From: Octopus sinensis
Taxonomy: Eukaryota
NCBI RefSeq assembly: GCF_006345805.1
Contig: NC_043011.1
Location: 744,001-808,000, forward strand
DNA length: 64,000 nt
Reading direction: 5' to 3'
Shown: positions 49,970-64,000 of the stretch, one piece after another
Layout of the letters: each line of letters starts with the position of its first letter
Numbering within the stretch: position 1 is the stretch's first letter
The notes under the pieces: model-generated
What the model saw: only the letters and a program-made list of their open reading frames with translations
Databases searched by the model: none
What the model was told of the DNA's origin: nothing
Position numbers and translations under genes: made by a program

Positions 49970-50274
49970 TTTGTTGTTGTTTGTTCCTTCTCGAGCCATG
50001 CCTGGCTCATAAGGGCCGGTTTCCCGGTTTCTTGGCGTATAGGTTCCCCACCTGGATGGGACGCCAGTCTGTTGCAGGTGAGCTGCAAGATGCAGTAGGA
50101 AAGAGTGAGGGAAAGTTGTGGCAAAAGAGTCAGCAGAAATTACCTTCTGCTGGAGCCGCGTGGAGCTTAGGTGTTTCGCTCATAAACACACACATCGTCC
50201 GGTCTGAGATTCGAACCCATGATCCCTCGACTGTGAGTCCGCTGCTCTAACCACTAGGCCATGTGTCTCCACAC
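49970..50274 (-). mobile_element. OR-like tRNA SINE
   Basis: tRNA-like head on the minus strand; 12-bp TSD GTCACACTCTTG. Confidence 0.85.
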
Positions 50275-51080
50275 GTCACACTCTTGGTATAGTTGGCAAT
50301 CAAGGAGATAACTGAATGACTTTTTAAAAGTAGGAGTCAGGCTGCTGCAGCTAACAACCCACTCTCATAAGAGACATCAGTTCCAAGTGGAGCCCCTCCT
50401 GGGCCCATCCTCACTAACTAAGTGACAATACAAAAGTATCACAGGTAGTCAAGAAGCAAGATGATAATGTGAAAGACCTGACCAGAATATACATGTTGCA
50501 ACATATCATCATCATCATCATCATCATTGTTTAACGTCCGCTTTCCATGCTGGCATGGGTTTGACGGTTCAACTGGGGTCTGGGGAGCCAGAAGGCTGCA
50601 CCAGGCCCAGTCTGATCTGGCAGTGTTTCTACAGCTGGATGCTCTTCCTAACGCCAACAACTCTGTGAGTGTAGTGGGTGCTTTTTACGTGCCACCGGCA
50701 CAGAGGCCAGACACGGCGGCGCTGGCTACGGCCACATTTGGATGGTTCGCTTATGTGCCACCAGCACTGGTATCACAGCTACAAATTCCATTGATGTTGA
50801 TCGATTACGATTTTGATTTTGATTTTGATTTTCGCTTGCCTCAACAGGTCTTAAGCATGTTTGTAGATTTTTATAGTATTTGAGACATACATGTTGCAGT
50901 ATAGCAGGAATAGCCTTCAGTTAATAACACTATAAACAGGTTTGTCATTCAAAGTCACTTGCAGTCTGTGTGACTATGCATATACATGCAAACACATCTG
51001 CCAATTTAACATGTTCACAGACCCCTAGTACAACCTTTGCAGACCATAGGTTAGGAACCACTGGTATATACATACTATAT

Positions 51081-51388
51081 CACCGTGACCGTGACCGTGA
51101 CCGACCAGACTATCAGATGTTGCTACACATCGCTGGTCACAATGCACTTCGCATTGTTTCAGCCTTCAGATGACGCCACCCCGCTGGCTAAGCGAGCAGG
51201 CCAACAGAAGAAAGAGTGAGAGAAAGTTGTGGCGAAAGAGTACAGCAGGGATCGCCACCTGCCGGAGCCTCGTGGAGCTTTTGTTGTTTTCACTCAATAA
51301 ACACTCACAATGCCCGATCTGGGAATCGAAACCACGATCCTACGACTGCGAGTTCGCTGCCCTAACCACTGGGCCATTGCACCTCCAC
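51081..51388 (-). mobile_element. OR-like tRNA SINE with (GGTCAC)n tail
   Basis: Head matches the 3801 copy; TSD ACATACTATAT. Confidence 0.85.
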
Positions 51389-52055
51389 ACATACTATATA
51401 TGTATATTTATATATGTGTGTGCATGTGAGTTATATAAATGTACACACACATACACACACACACACACACATATGGGTTACATATATCATATCTTGATTC
51501 TGTGTGGACTGAGAGCCCCATTGACAGGCCCCTGATATTTATATTCAATATTTACGATATGCAAGGTAATAGCACCAGTTTTCTATAGCTACTGGGATTG
51601 TTGAGTATATAAATAGATTTGACTGCTTATTTCTCTGGGATTAGACAAAATGATTTAGATGTCTCTGGTGAGAATCCAATGAAATTTTAAAACTGATTAA
51701 AGTTGATCATCATTTTTCCAATGTATGTTAGAAATAGCTAAATTATCCCTGTTTATAAATCCGCTATATAGGTTGCATATATGTAGTGGTTTCAAACTTT
51801 GACTCAAGGCCAGCAATTTTGGAGGAGATGAAGTCAATTACATTAATCCAAGTGCTCAACTGGTACTTATTTTACTGACCCTGAAAGGATGAAGGACAAA
51901 AATCAACCTCAGCAGAATTTGAATGCATAACATAAAAACAGATGAAATGCCACTGAGCATTTTACTTGGTTTGCTAGTGATTCTGGTAGCATATATACTG
52001 ACACACACATACCTATCTATCTATTTCTTTGCCTCTGTCTCTGTTTGTCTGTCTG

Positions 52056-52087
<32 letters not shown>

Positions 52088-52151
52088 CATATATATATAT
52101 ATGTGTGCGTGTGTGTGTGTGTGTGTGTGAACAGATAAGAGAAATTATGTG

Positions 52152-53200
52152 GGATCTTTTCCATTTGGCTGCCAGCATTTCAAAAATTAAATTCATCAAA
52201 AATTTTTTAATTTGGTGCATTAATGTACTTTTCCAAGCTGAAAAGCTGGAGTTATATCACTTATTCCAGAAGAATGTTTTCAAAAAGTTATAGAGGTTTA
52301 AAGTTTGATCATTTTCACCTAGTCAGGAAACAAGGTTTGGAAGCTGTCATTTTGTGCGTGACAGCACATTTTGTCAACATCCTGAAAATAGCATTTGTGT
52401 TTTTATATGAAACCATAAACAAATGAATTATGCATGACATATAACCCCTCATAAAGTTTTTTTATTTTTGGGAGTTTTCAGGAATTTTTTTGTGGATTTG
52501 TATTCTACACGTGGGACTTCATATGGTTATGCAAAAAAAAAAAAAAATTGTGGGTGTGCATGATTTAAGGCCTATTTAGCTGTTATTTTTAGCACACATC
52601 AATGACAAAAAAAAAGAAAGAGTAAATAACGTCTTTTGTAGTTTTCAGTATTCAATATGCATTTAATGCGATAGCACGAACATAAAAGATTTATCTAAAA
52701 TTAAAAAATAGCACATTACAAATAAAATATTTAAAAATAAATAAACATTCTGTTGACCAGTTCATTGAAAACAAAAGTTAGAAATGCATTCAATCAATTA
52801 CTTGAACAAATCACAGTTTTCATATCTCCTGCACCACATAAATTTACAAGCTCAATTGTCAACAGATAGGTAAAACAAGTGTTTTCAATATATTTGTCAA
52901 TATGTGCTTTCTCGCAGACAAGTGAGTTCAATATATTTGTCAATATGTGCTTTCTCGCAGACAAGTGAGTTCTCATGTTCCGCTTGTTACTATGGAAACA
53001 GGCATGAATGTGTCTGTGGCTTACAATTGGCTAAAATTACCCAAAAATTTTCAAATTTCAATTACTAATAACTCTTTATTTATTGATTTATAGCAAAAAT
53101 GATTTTCATGTCATTCATTAGCCTATAAAAATGTATCATTACACTGAATATGAAATCAATTTGAACAGAAATTGATGCTGGCAGCAAACCAAAAAGATCC
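52152..53200. mobile_element. Merlin-like non-autonomous TIR element
   Basis: GGATCTTTT...AAAAGATCC termini; 8-bp TSD ATTATGTG; internal 43-bp tandem duplication ~52884-52972. Confidence 0.78.
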
Positions 53201-54457
53201 ATTATGTGAGAGAATATAGATGTTTATTATATTAGTTTACAGCTTTTGCATAATCTTGTTAGGTATATAATAGATATTAGATAACTGCAAATACGTACGT
53301 CCATATACACAAGCATGCTGAAAATTTAACTAACAGACTTAACCTTCTGAAAGGTTTATGGTAGTTCAAAACATCAAACAGGCCCAGTGTAAATCACAGG
53401 CAATAGATGTATTCAGTAGGTTACCATATATGGCTTGCTTTAAAGAAATAATGCTGGCAGATCAATTCTATTCAGAGAGGAAAGCAGAAAATAAACACAA
53501 TAGAGTATACATACATATATACATCCTACATATATATACATACATATATACATACATACATACATACATACATACATACATACATACATACATACATACG
53601 TACATACACACACACACGCGCACGCACGCACGCACGCACTCACACACACACACATACACACACACATGCATATATATAAGACTCAAAAAGTCAAAGAATG
53701 AGAAAAAATATAAATGTAAATAAGCAAAATAGGTTTATCAAAGAATTGGTCTCTGAAGAGGATATGCTTACTAAAATAGATCCATTTTCTAAAGGAAATG
53801 AGTTGACCATCCCCATAGCATCTAAATGAATAAAGCATATGGTAAAGGAAGAAAATAAGATAAATAAACAAAACAGACAAATGAATAGAATTGAAAGTAT
53901 GGAGTAAAAAAGAAAAGAACAAGATAAGGCTTAGAAATAAAATAGTGGGGCTTAAATAGCTGTTGAAATTTCATGCACTGTTGATTTTGAAGAATAGTAA
54001 TTTTATTTCAAGACCACTGAGATGGTATGAACATACGCATTATATGAATATTCACAAGCATATTAACACACACATACATACATTCATATATATATATACA
54101 CATATATACATTCATACACATACACACATTCATATATGCTAACAAACACATTCATACACATTTATACACATTCATGTGCATGCACATAAACACATTCTAG
54201 CACAAAACATTAATGTTGAACTAGCAATTTAAAAATAGTTGGTCAGTAATTAGTTTAATTGACCAAAACATAGTATTTGAACAGACATATAGAAAGAAAT
54301 GATATCCATGCAAATATTTTCAAACATTCATTCAGACTTTATCAAACTACTGTTTTAAGAGTTACTCATACTCTTTTACACATTTCAGTCATTTGACTGC
54401 AGCCATGCTGGAGCACTACCTTTAGTCATAGAAATTGCCTCCAGGACTTATTCTTTG

Positions 54458-55679
54458 GGATCTTTTCATTTCCAAGGCCTGTTTTTTCAGATTTTTCCTA
54501 CTTAACCAAACAATTTGAAACTTCGTATACTGGTAGAATGTGTCAAAAGAAAACATAATTGTAAACCAGAATGAAAACGGAATAGTAATTTCAAAGTTTA
54601 ACGTTGTTTAATAATTAGAATTTTAACCAATGGTATTTGGTCTTTTGGCTTCATATTATTTACTCCGTCTCAATAGACATAAACGGCTATTTTGCTGACG
54701 TATTTAACATACGTGAAATGTAAACACTCGGTTACCGTATTCCTTCAGTTTCTATTCATATTTTTTTAATATATTATTAACTAACTTATATATTAAACTT
54801 ATATATTATATAACTAACTTAGTTTTTGTAAATTTTCGTATATTTTTTGTGATTTTTATTCCTTACTTTATTCGTGAAACTTTTATTTCTGTAACTTTTT
54901 ATCTTTGGCAATCTTTCGTATGTGTGTGTATGTATGTGTGTGTGTGTATGTATGTATGGCCGATTCAGTGTTTACATTATTTCGAGTTAAAACGAAAGAT
55001 TACCTTTGCTATGTAGAAAATAATGAGGTTGACTCAATGGAATAATGACAGTGATCGAAGATATAGACAACATTTTTTTTGGTAATCTTTCGTTTTAACT
55101 CGAAATAATGTAAACACTGAATCGGCCATACATACATACACACACACATACATACACACACACACATACATACACACACACACATACATACACACACACA
55201 CATACATACACACACACACATACATAGATACATACACACACATACATACATACATATACACATACACCGACTAAAAAATTTCAGTTATCTCTCTCTTTCA
55301 CACATTACTCTCTCTGTCTCTTCACACACACTAACAGAAGTACTTCACTTACACAACATACTTTCTGTCTCCCACACCCCATCAAACACACACACACACG
55401 CACACAAAACACAGACCTACGCACAGCTGTCTAGGTCACAAAATAGCTTTCTACGTCACACTAAGATAATGCAGTTAATTATTTCAAATGAAAACAACAA
55501 TACGATTGGTTAAAATTCGCAGATTTAATCTACCCTTAAAGTTATAAAATACATTTTTCTCAAATAAACAAGTTGAAACTAGTGTTTTCTTTTGAGACAC
55601 TCTACCAGTATACGAAGTTTCAAATTATTTAGTTAACTAGAAAAATCTGACAAAACAGGCCTTGGAAATGAAAAGATCC
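54458..55679. mobile_element. Merlin-like non-autonomous TIR element inserted into a SINE
   Basis: ~100-bp TIRs GGATCTTTTCATTTCCAAGGCCTG; 8-bp TSD ATTCTTTG duplicating SINE sequence (halves 54370-54457 and 55680-55770). Confidence 0.85.
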
Positions 55680-57792
55680 ATTCTTTGTAAGCCTAATACC
55701 TATTCTATCGGTCACTTTTGCTGAACCACTAAGTTTCTTGGGATATAAGTATATCAACCTCGGTTGTCACTATTTATAATTTTGTTCCAATTGTCTTCAA
55801 ATTTGGTATATGGATTAAGTTTTGTATACTAATTATGAAAATAAAATTAATTTTCCATGTAAGTCCATAATTGAAAAGTTATTAGCCTTTAAAATTTGCA
55901 ATATATTTTAGAGTTAAGTAGTAGTATTATTATAGTAGTCAGAAGAAACCTATAAGGTTTCCAGTAATAACAGAATTAGATGAAGTTACCACCTTAAGCT
56001 TTTATCACTCTTTAGGAAGGATATGTGGTACATATGCAGGCAATTTTTTTTAATACATCATCTCATTATTTAATGAGATTTGATTTACTCTTAATTATTT
56101 GACAAGTTTCCAATATGCATAAGTTACAGACATCATTATTACCTTTGCATATAATGGACCACACAATTTTGTACTCAATTCCTTTATCAGTAACAATCTA
56201 GAGAAAACTATTTAAAGATGTAAACTTAGCAGATCTTTTCTGTTTGGTTGCACCTGTGGAAATTTCAGACTTTAGTGATAATTTCAAAATTTGGTGTATT
56301 GATGTACTTTTCCACACTGAATCTCACATGCAGTTTCACATGCAGTTTCACATGCAGTTTTTCACTTCAGCTAGCTATCGTGTGGTTTATTGCAAATCTT
56401 CTGTCACCTACATCACTTCCCCTACCACACACATCACTAATATCATTATTTTAATTTTTTTCTCACTGTAGGTATTCTGGCAATCGTAATGTTTTCAATT
56501 TTTCCTTTTGTCTGTTTAATGTGGTAAACTGAAATAATTTTTCACCCATCAAATGAAAGTTGGTACTATTGACTGACTGACCATTCTGAGAATTTACCCC
56601 TATCTTTTGTCCAGATACACTGATTAGCTCTATATTGTTTTCCCTCTTTTCTTCATTCTTCTTCTCCTTCTTCTTCTTCTTCTTCTTCTTCTTCTTCTTC
56701 TTCTTCTTCTTCTTCTTCTTCTTCTTCTTTCTTTCTTCTCCTCCTCCTCCTCCTCCTCCTTTCTTTCTTTCTTTTTCTAACTTGCTCTCTATTCTAATTA
56801 TTCCTCTCATACTTTTACCTACTTTTTGTTTCCTCTTGTTGATTCCTTTTCTTTGACTCTTTCCTTAAGCTGATTGCTATGTCTCCTTTCCATTCCATTA
56901 TTACACCATACATCATTCTTCCTATGTATGTTACAATTTCTCCTTCTTCCCAGTATTGCTCGCCATTTTTGTACATTCTTACATATACCTTACCACCTAT
57001 TCTAAAGAATTCTGGCATGACTTTACTAGTACATATTTTTTTCTTCACTGATAACAGTTTATCAAATGCTAACTTCACCTTTCTGGCAAACATTAATTCT
57101 GCTGGTGAACTTCCTTCTGACGCATTTGGGTTTGGAGTTACCCATTATACCCTTAAGAATTTTTGAATCATGACCTTGTCCATGGCTTCCTTATTAGATT
57201 TCTTTAAAACTCTCTTAAAGGTGTCCATAAACTGTTTGGCCCTTCCATTTGATCTAGGGTGATACGGTGCTATAGTTTTATGTTCTAACATGAATATCTT
57301 GTTGAATGTTTTAAATTTACATAATACAAACTGTGTTCTATGATCAAAGACAATTATATCCACTACACTAAATCTTGCGAACAGCTTGTGTAAGAAGTTT
57401 AGAAGTTCATTACTGTATATGAGGTTGGTCGTTTATACCTCATGACCTCAGGCCGTTTTATATAGCTCTTCACCACTATTAAGTAATAATATCCATTTAC
57501 AAGGTCTGCAAAATCAATATGCAATTGGGACCATGGTATTTTCACATCCATCTGTGGTTCACATTTTGTAGTAGGTACTTTCATTGCCAGCACACATCCT
57601 CTGCATCCTTTTACCAGGTTTTCAACTTCCTTGTCCATGCATGGTCAGCATACAAAACTTCACATCAGCGCTTTCATTTATTTCCCTTTGTCGACTACAG
57701 TTTTCTTTTTGTTTCATTAATAAATTTGTCATCTCTTGTGTTTCTTTTTATTTCTACCAAAGTTACTGGTAGTTCACGCACAATGTTCCACA

Positions 57793-58200
57793 TAGGTGCA
57801 GGAGTGGCTGTGTGGTAAGTAGCTTGCTTACCAACCACATGGTTCCGGGTTCAGTCCCACTGCATGGCATGTTGGGCAAGTGTCTTCTGCTATAGCCTCG
57901 GGCCGACCAATGCCTTGTGAGTGGATTTGGTAGACGGAAACTGAAAGAAGCCTGTCGTATATATATATATGTGTGTGTGTGTATATGTTTGTGTGTCTGT
58001 GTTTGTCCCCCCCACCATCGCTTGACAACCTATGCTGGTGTGTTTACGTCCCCGTCACTTAGCGGTTCGGCAAAAAGAGACCGACAGAATAAGTACTGGG
58101 CTTACAAAGAATAAGTCCTGGGGTTGATTTGCTCGACTAAAGGTGGTGCTCCAGCATGGCTGCAGTCAAATGACTGAAACAAGTAAAAGAGTAAAGAGTA
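57793..58200 (+). mobile_element. SINE family of 7521 inside the Gypsy remnant
   Basis: Full copy. Confidence 0.9.
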
Positions 58201-59634
58201 TCACTTTTTTCGTTTCAGTTCATTGACCTCATTCAATTGTTTCACTGCTCTGTTTACACTATTGCACAATGCACTTATAGGTGTTTCCCATAAATCAAAT
58301 TACTTTGTACATTCAGTGGCAAATAAATTCATGGATTTTTTTCAACGCATAAACATTCTCTTTTTTTGGTTCCACCTTTGAACATTATATTACAAACATG
58401 TTCGCCCGTGAAATATAATTTTCTTCCTGTAACACTGTACCCTATTTGGTTTGGACTACATAATTCTGGTTTACCCATTTGTTTCCATGTTTTCTCATTT
58501 ATGATTGTGATATCACCTCCCGTGTCTAATTGCATTCAGACACTAGTGTTTTCAATTCTTACAGTCATGAATTTTCTGTTTATTGTCGACACAACTTTTC
58601 CTGCAGACAAACTATTTATTTTTCTTTGTTTGTTCCATTTTCCTGTCATTCTAGTTTTGCTGTGTGATTTTATATGTCCTGTAAACCCGCAGTGACAACA
58701 CTGCTTTATTATACAACACTTTGTCTTCAGACTTTTTTGTACTGGTCTTATGTGGAAACACCTTTTCCATTGAATTTCTTCCATGTCATGCTTAAATTTT
58801 AATATCCTGTCACACTCTTCCGACAGTTTCTGCAATGTCAAATCCTGGTTCATTTCCACTTTTGATAGAATAACCGTTTGTATTTTTGCATCCCTTTTAT
58901 CTGACAATCCTTGTACAAAAATCAAACACTTGAAAGAATCTAGAGTAAACATATTTAGCCTAAATCTCTCACATTCTTTGTTGACTTTGCTTGTGTAAGT
59001 AGTGAAGTCTTCATCTTTCCTATGTTTGAACATTTCCATCTAGTTTTAAACAATGAGTTCTTTTCACTAAACATTTTACACAAAATGTCAACTGTGTCAG
59101 TGAAATTTATGTCAAACACTTTTTTTGGCAATATGAAAGTTACAATACTTCTCATGCTCTGCTGTCCCTAATTTTCTTAAAATTAGACGTGTTTTCATTT
59201 TGTCCGCCCAATCTTGACATTCTTTATCAAAAATTTGTTGAAATCTCCGAAAGTAAGCTTTGAAGGTTACTCCTTCTTTGGGGTCATATTTGAATTTGCT
59301 TATAGAATTTTTTCTACATGGACAGGTGAAAATGTATTCTCTGGTTTGGTTATCAACCTCATTTGTTGTAACATTTGCTGCTGCAATCCTTATTGTTTTT
59401 GTTGTTTCTTGAGTTGTTGTTACTGCTTTTGCAACTCAACTATCCCAACTAACAAGTCTTCCATATTTTACAATTTTTGTAAGTTTGCAAAACAAGATTT
59501 TTGTTTCTTTTTTGTTGTGGTATTTAATTTTCCACAAAAATTAGTTTAAACTCTCCATGTGAATGTTTTTTTTTCTCACTCCACATAAATTTGTTTTTCC
59601 TCATCGCCACTGTTGTAAAGCAGTCTTTTACCAC

Positions 59635-60190
59635 TGTTGTATCTGGTGATGGTTGTCCCTCTGACAGATATTGATATATTCTGAAGTCATCGATAGAATG
59701 TTTCTATCTGGCATTGTACGACCCCCAGTAGTACAGTGTTATTACTTTGTAGTGATGCTATTGTGGAAGTTTCAGCGCACATGTGCAGAGTTGGATTACT
59801 TCTGGTAGGTGCCGGAAGTTCCCTCATGCGCATGCACAGGAACTGCAAATTGAAAGTGTCTCCGCTAAATCTTCCTTTTTTGGAAGAGCAGCCCTAACAA
59901 GTGGACGTGACTAAAACTTCTCTCAGAGAAAACCCTATGCATAGAGAAGCTCTCTTTGAAGCGGGAATGGAGACCATATCTTCTTGGCTCACCCAAGTGA
60001 ACATTTGTGTACAGTCCTGTGGACCATAAGAAATATATATGTATATATTTTACCAGTGAACCTGAAGAATAAAGTGTTATTTATTGTTATTGAACACAGT
60101 CAGATTCTTGGTTCTTTTCTTCAACAATTGTATGTGACAAGATAAGACCAGACACCCCTCTAGTGTTCCTGAACTCTCATCTTGTTACAA
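59635..60190 (+). mobile_element. Possible solo LTR nested in the Gypsy 5' LTR, opposite orientation
   Basis: TGTTGTA...TTACAAC ends; TATA-like ~60031 then AATAAA ~60068 on the plus strand. Confidence 0.45.
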
Positions 60191-60418
60191 CTTCAAAAGT
60201 TTGAATTGATATAACATCCACTCAGTATCACAGAATAATTACTATATCATCACAGACATAACTATAAACACAGTCTACATGTACTCTTGACCTTCCAACC
60301 TTCTCTCTCGACCAGCTACTGGTCTATTTATAATGGCTGGCTACTACCACTTTTTACCGGGAGGTGTATACAGTTTCACTATACATCACACACCAAATTA
60401 ACTCCTTATAGCTTGGAC

Positions 60419-60453
<35 letters not shown>

Positions 60454-60799
60454 GTTTAAGGTCTGCTTTCCATGCTAGCATGGGTTGGACGTATGACTGA
60501 GGGCTGGTGAACCAGATGACTACACCAGGCTTCAATCTTGATCTGGCAGAGTTTCTACAGCTGGATGCCCTTCCTAATGCCAACCACTCCGAGAATATAG
60601 TGGGAGCTTTTACGTGCCACCGGCACGAGACCAGTCAGGCGGCACTGGCAATGACCTCACTCGAATGCAAATAAAGTAATATAAGCATCTAATTCTTCAT
60701 TCTTCGTCTGATTATTATATATATATATATATGTGTGTGTGTAGCCAAGAATGGAATCACCTAGTTGGCAGAAAGCTATCAGTCCATTGCTTGTCTAAA

Positions 60800-62150
60800 C
60801 ATTATGCATAAACTATTTCTTAACTGCCATAAGCAATTCTTCCAGGGTCATTGTGAATCCAATTATATAGTGACTGATGAGCTGGCAGGAGGAAAGAAGG
60901 CAATGTCGAGAAGCGTTGAAGAATATTTGAAATAAAAGATGCACTCTCTGAAATGAAAAACCATCATAGGAGCCTTGCAATAGTATGGCTTGATTATAGA
61001 AATGCATTTGTCTCAATTCCCCACTCATGGCTGCTGAAGTGTCTATATTTGGCAAAAACACCTACTACCTTAATCGCTGCCATTGAGAGGCTCACAAAGA
61101 CCTGAGCAACAATTCTTACACTTAGAACTGAGAGTGGAATGATCATCTCCAATGTTATAAATGTTGCAAAGGAAATATTCCAAGGAGATAGTCATTCTGT
61201 AATTCTGTTCATTTTGGCATTAAATCATTCTCATTCCTGCAACAAAATTCAAATGGCTACATGATAGGGTCTTCCACTGCTAGAGATATTAATATAACCC
61301 ATAATTTCTTTGTGGATGACCTCAAGATTAATGCTAAGAATGTTAACAAAACCAAAAAGCAACTGGATTATATTAACAACATTTTCAGGTGACCTTGGAA
61401 TAGAATTTGGCCAAAAGAGATTCTCTCTTTCTCTTTTACTTGTTTCAGTCATTTGGCTGCGGCCATGCTGGAGCACCTCCTTTAGTCGAGCAAATCGACC
61501 CCGGGACTTATTCTTTGTAAGCCCAGTACTTATTCTATCAGTCTCTTTTGCCGAACCGCTAATTGACGGAGACGTAAACATGCCAGCATCGGTTGTCAAG
61601 CAATGCTAGGGGGACAAACACAGACACACAAACACATACACATACATACACACATATATATATATACATATATACAACAGGCTTCTTTCAGTTTCCGTCT
61701 ACCAATAAAGATAGAGCGACCTGTATGCTAGACTTAGAAAACTATAGCAGTTAGACTGCTTCTCTTACAAGACAACATCCCTCAATGCATTTGCAGTACC
61801 AGTGCTGATTTCAACATTTGGGATATTTGACTGGTCTGTATGAGGAATTTACTCCATAGACATTAAAACTCACAAGATACTGACATCAACGGGAAATCCC
61901 CACAGAAACAGTGATATTGAGAGGCTCCACCAAAGAAGAGATGAAGGAGGTAGAAACATGAGATCAGTGCAGAATGCTTTCAAATGTCATATAGTCTCTC
62001 TCAGACAACACAACAACAAAAATAAATATATTAACATAGTACTGAAAAGTAAAGAGAACAATGTCCTGTGTTGGCAGCAAGCTCCTCAGGAAGCACTCTT
62101 TCTGAAGGCCTCCCATACAACCCCAAAACAGTTAGACTAACAGATTTCAA
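60800..62150 (+). pseudogene. R4/Dong-like non-LTR RT remnant split by a SINE (61430-61705, minus)
   Basis: EIFQGDSHSVILF, NITHNFFVDDLK, NAFAVPVLISTFGIFDW. Confidence 0.65.
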
Positions 62151-62323
62151 AAAATATTATGCATGGAGTGGTTGGACTACACTCATGGAGTGGTTGGCTT
62201 TAGGAGGGACATCCAGCTGTAGAAACACTGCCAGATCAGACCGGAACCTGGTGCAGCGTCCTGGCTTCCCAGACTCCGGTCGAACTTTCCAACTCAAGCT
62301 AGCATGGAAAACGGACGTTAAAC

Positions 62324-62371
<48 letters not shown>

Positions 62372-63598
62372 TATGCTTCCCAAAGACTTGAACACACACT
62401 ATATATTCCACCATTAAAAATAATATACTTCATATCACTTCAGGTTTCAAAATTCTTATCATATAAATATCATACAATTCTCACTGGGAAGAACCATCTT
62501 CTAAAATGGATGAAGGAAATTTGAAGTGTTGCTTTGGTTTAACAAGTAGCACATCTGTCACGTTTACAGAAGATGAGGGCTCATGTCCCATGGTAGCCTT
62601 CGTCTATTTTTCACCATCCAAGTGGTTTTTATAACCCAGTATTCTACATGCTGTTATTTATATCTTTATCTGCTTCAAGTTTCATTGTCAAAAAATAATG
62701 TATACACATATACACACACAATCACATACACAGTTGTTCCCCCCATTACCACCACCACCACATATATATTCATCTGATTACTTCAACTGATTTTCTTTAA
62801 GAACCCAACTGTAAATTTATGTGGCCTCAGCCAACAAGTTTCTTTATCAAATTATCTAATTTATGCTTTATCTTTGGATACAGATATTTTCTGTTCACAA
62901 AGTTCCAGTAAATGAAATCACTTTATGTATTACTAAAAAGAAAATATTTCCCTACTGAATTAGACATTAGTTATTTTTTTTTACCTTTTCATTTACATAA
63001 TGTTTGCTCACTTTTATTTATATTTATTTTTTCCCTATCTTCTTATAGTTAGTAATTAAATTGTATATACCCAAAAGTATTTAATAGTTTACACATGAAG
63101 GAGATATATCTAATTGTTGTCCATAAGACGAGTGACTTAAGATGTAAATATAACAAATCTAAAGAATATACAGAACCTATTGTGCATGTAAAATATCATT
63201 GTATTTATTTGCTGTTTCAAATGTTTGTTAATACTTTACCATTTGTCATATCAGGCCCTGTTCTATACTTAAAATCAATTTTTAAAATTACCAAAAAGTT
63301 GTTACTGGCTTTTGTTGAGTTTCAGCTTACTCTATGCCTGGCTGTTTGTAGGCTTGATGATGAAGATTCACAGTTGACTGTTGCAAACAGGGGAAATATT
63401 TATTCACTAGTTACTGTGTTGTTAGCTAGCAGTGATAGGTTCAAGCTCTTTTTAACCCCCCCCCCCCAAAAAAAAAACTGAAAATTATCCTCTCAAATCT
63501 TAAAGTACCTCACTGACATTTTGGTTACAAAGAATTTCATACAAATCTTAGCTTTTACCCTGTAAAACAACTCTGATACTTTTTCTCTAGTTGAGTGT

Positions 63599-63906
63599 TT
63601 GGTGTTGTTTGTTCCTTCTCGAGCCATCCCTGGCTCATAAGGGCCGGTTTCCCGTTTTTTTGGCATATAGTTTACCCACTTGGATGGGACGCCGGTCCGT
63701 CGCAGGTGAGCTGCAAGATGCAGGAGGAAAGAGTGAGAAAAAGTTGTGGCGAAAGAGTCAGCAGAAGTTCACCATTGCCCTCTGCCAGAGCCGCGTGGCG
63801 CTTAGGTGTTTCGCTCATAAACACACACATCGCCCGGTCTGAGATTCGAACCTGTGATCCCTCAACCGTGAGTCCACTGCTCTAACCACTAGGCTATGTG
63901 CCTCCA
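63599..63906 (-). mobile_element. OR-like tRNA SINE
   Basis: Same subtype as 49970-50274; TSD CTCTAGTTGAGTGT. Confidence 0.85.
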
Positions 63907-64000
63907 CTCTAGTTGAGTGTGTGACTGATCAAACTGATAATGAACTTGATAATCAGATAAACAGTTGATTAATTTGTATTGCGTCACCAATACAAATATA

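Larger units (their letters stand above)
56300..60392 (-). mobile_element. Decayed, internally deleted K02A2.6/Mag-like Gypsy element
   Basis: Gag fragments (VNKECERFRL, FKCLIFVQGL), protease MQLDTGGDITII, integrase PWSQLHIDFA and APYHPRSNG. PBS TGGCGATGAGG ~59599-59609; PPT TAGGGGAA ~56417-56424. No RT/RNaseH seen. Confidence 0.8.

Overview
AT-rich eukaryotic, repeat-dominated 64 kb window. The SINE families resemble those described from Octopus (inference). No host protein-coding gene can be supported, and nearly all listed ORFs are microsatellite or SINE artefacts. The one intact coding unit is a young minus-strand Ty3/Gypsy LTR retrotransposon of the CsRn1/Kabuki/Boudicca type (19052-24823). 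It has near-identical LTRs, a tRNA-Trp PBS, a PPT, an intact 1063-aa pol and a UUUAAAC -1 slippery site, and its gag CHCC knuckle lies in a shifted frame. It sits in a (TA)n tract at the centre of a ~340-bp near-perfect inverted duplication. The rest is nested SINEs, RTE/CR1/R4-like LINE debris, Penelope-like (PLE) RT remnants, DNA-transposon remnants/MITEs (Merlin-like, hAT, piggyBac-like, mariner, pogo, Mutator-like) and a decayed K02A2.6-like Gypsy. The most interesting signal is a set of small fold-back elements, most next to (TA)n tracts, carrying minimal type I hammerhead-ribozyme motifs typical of PLE terminal repeats. One has a compensatory G3:C8 catalytic-core swap (36571-36621). Alignments were done by eye, so boundaries of degenerate elements are approximate.
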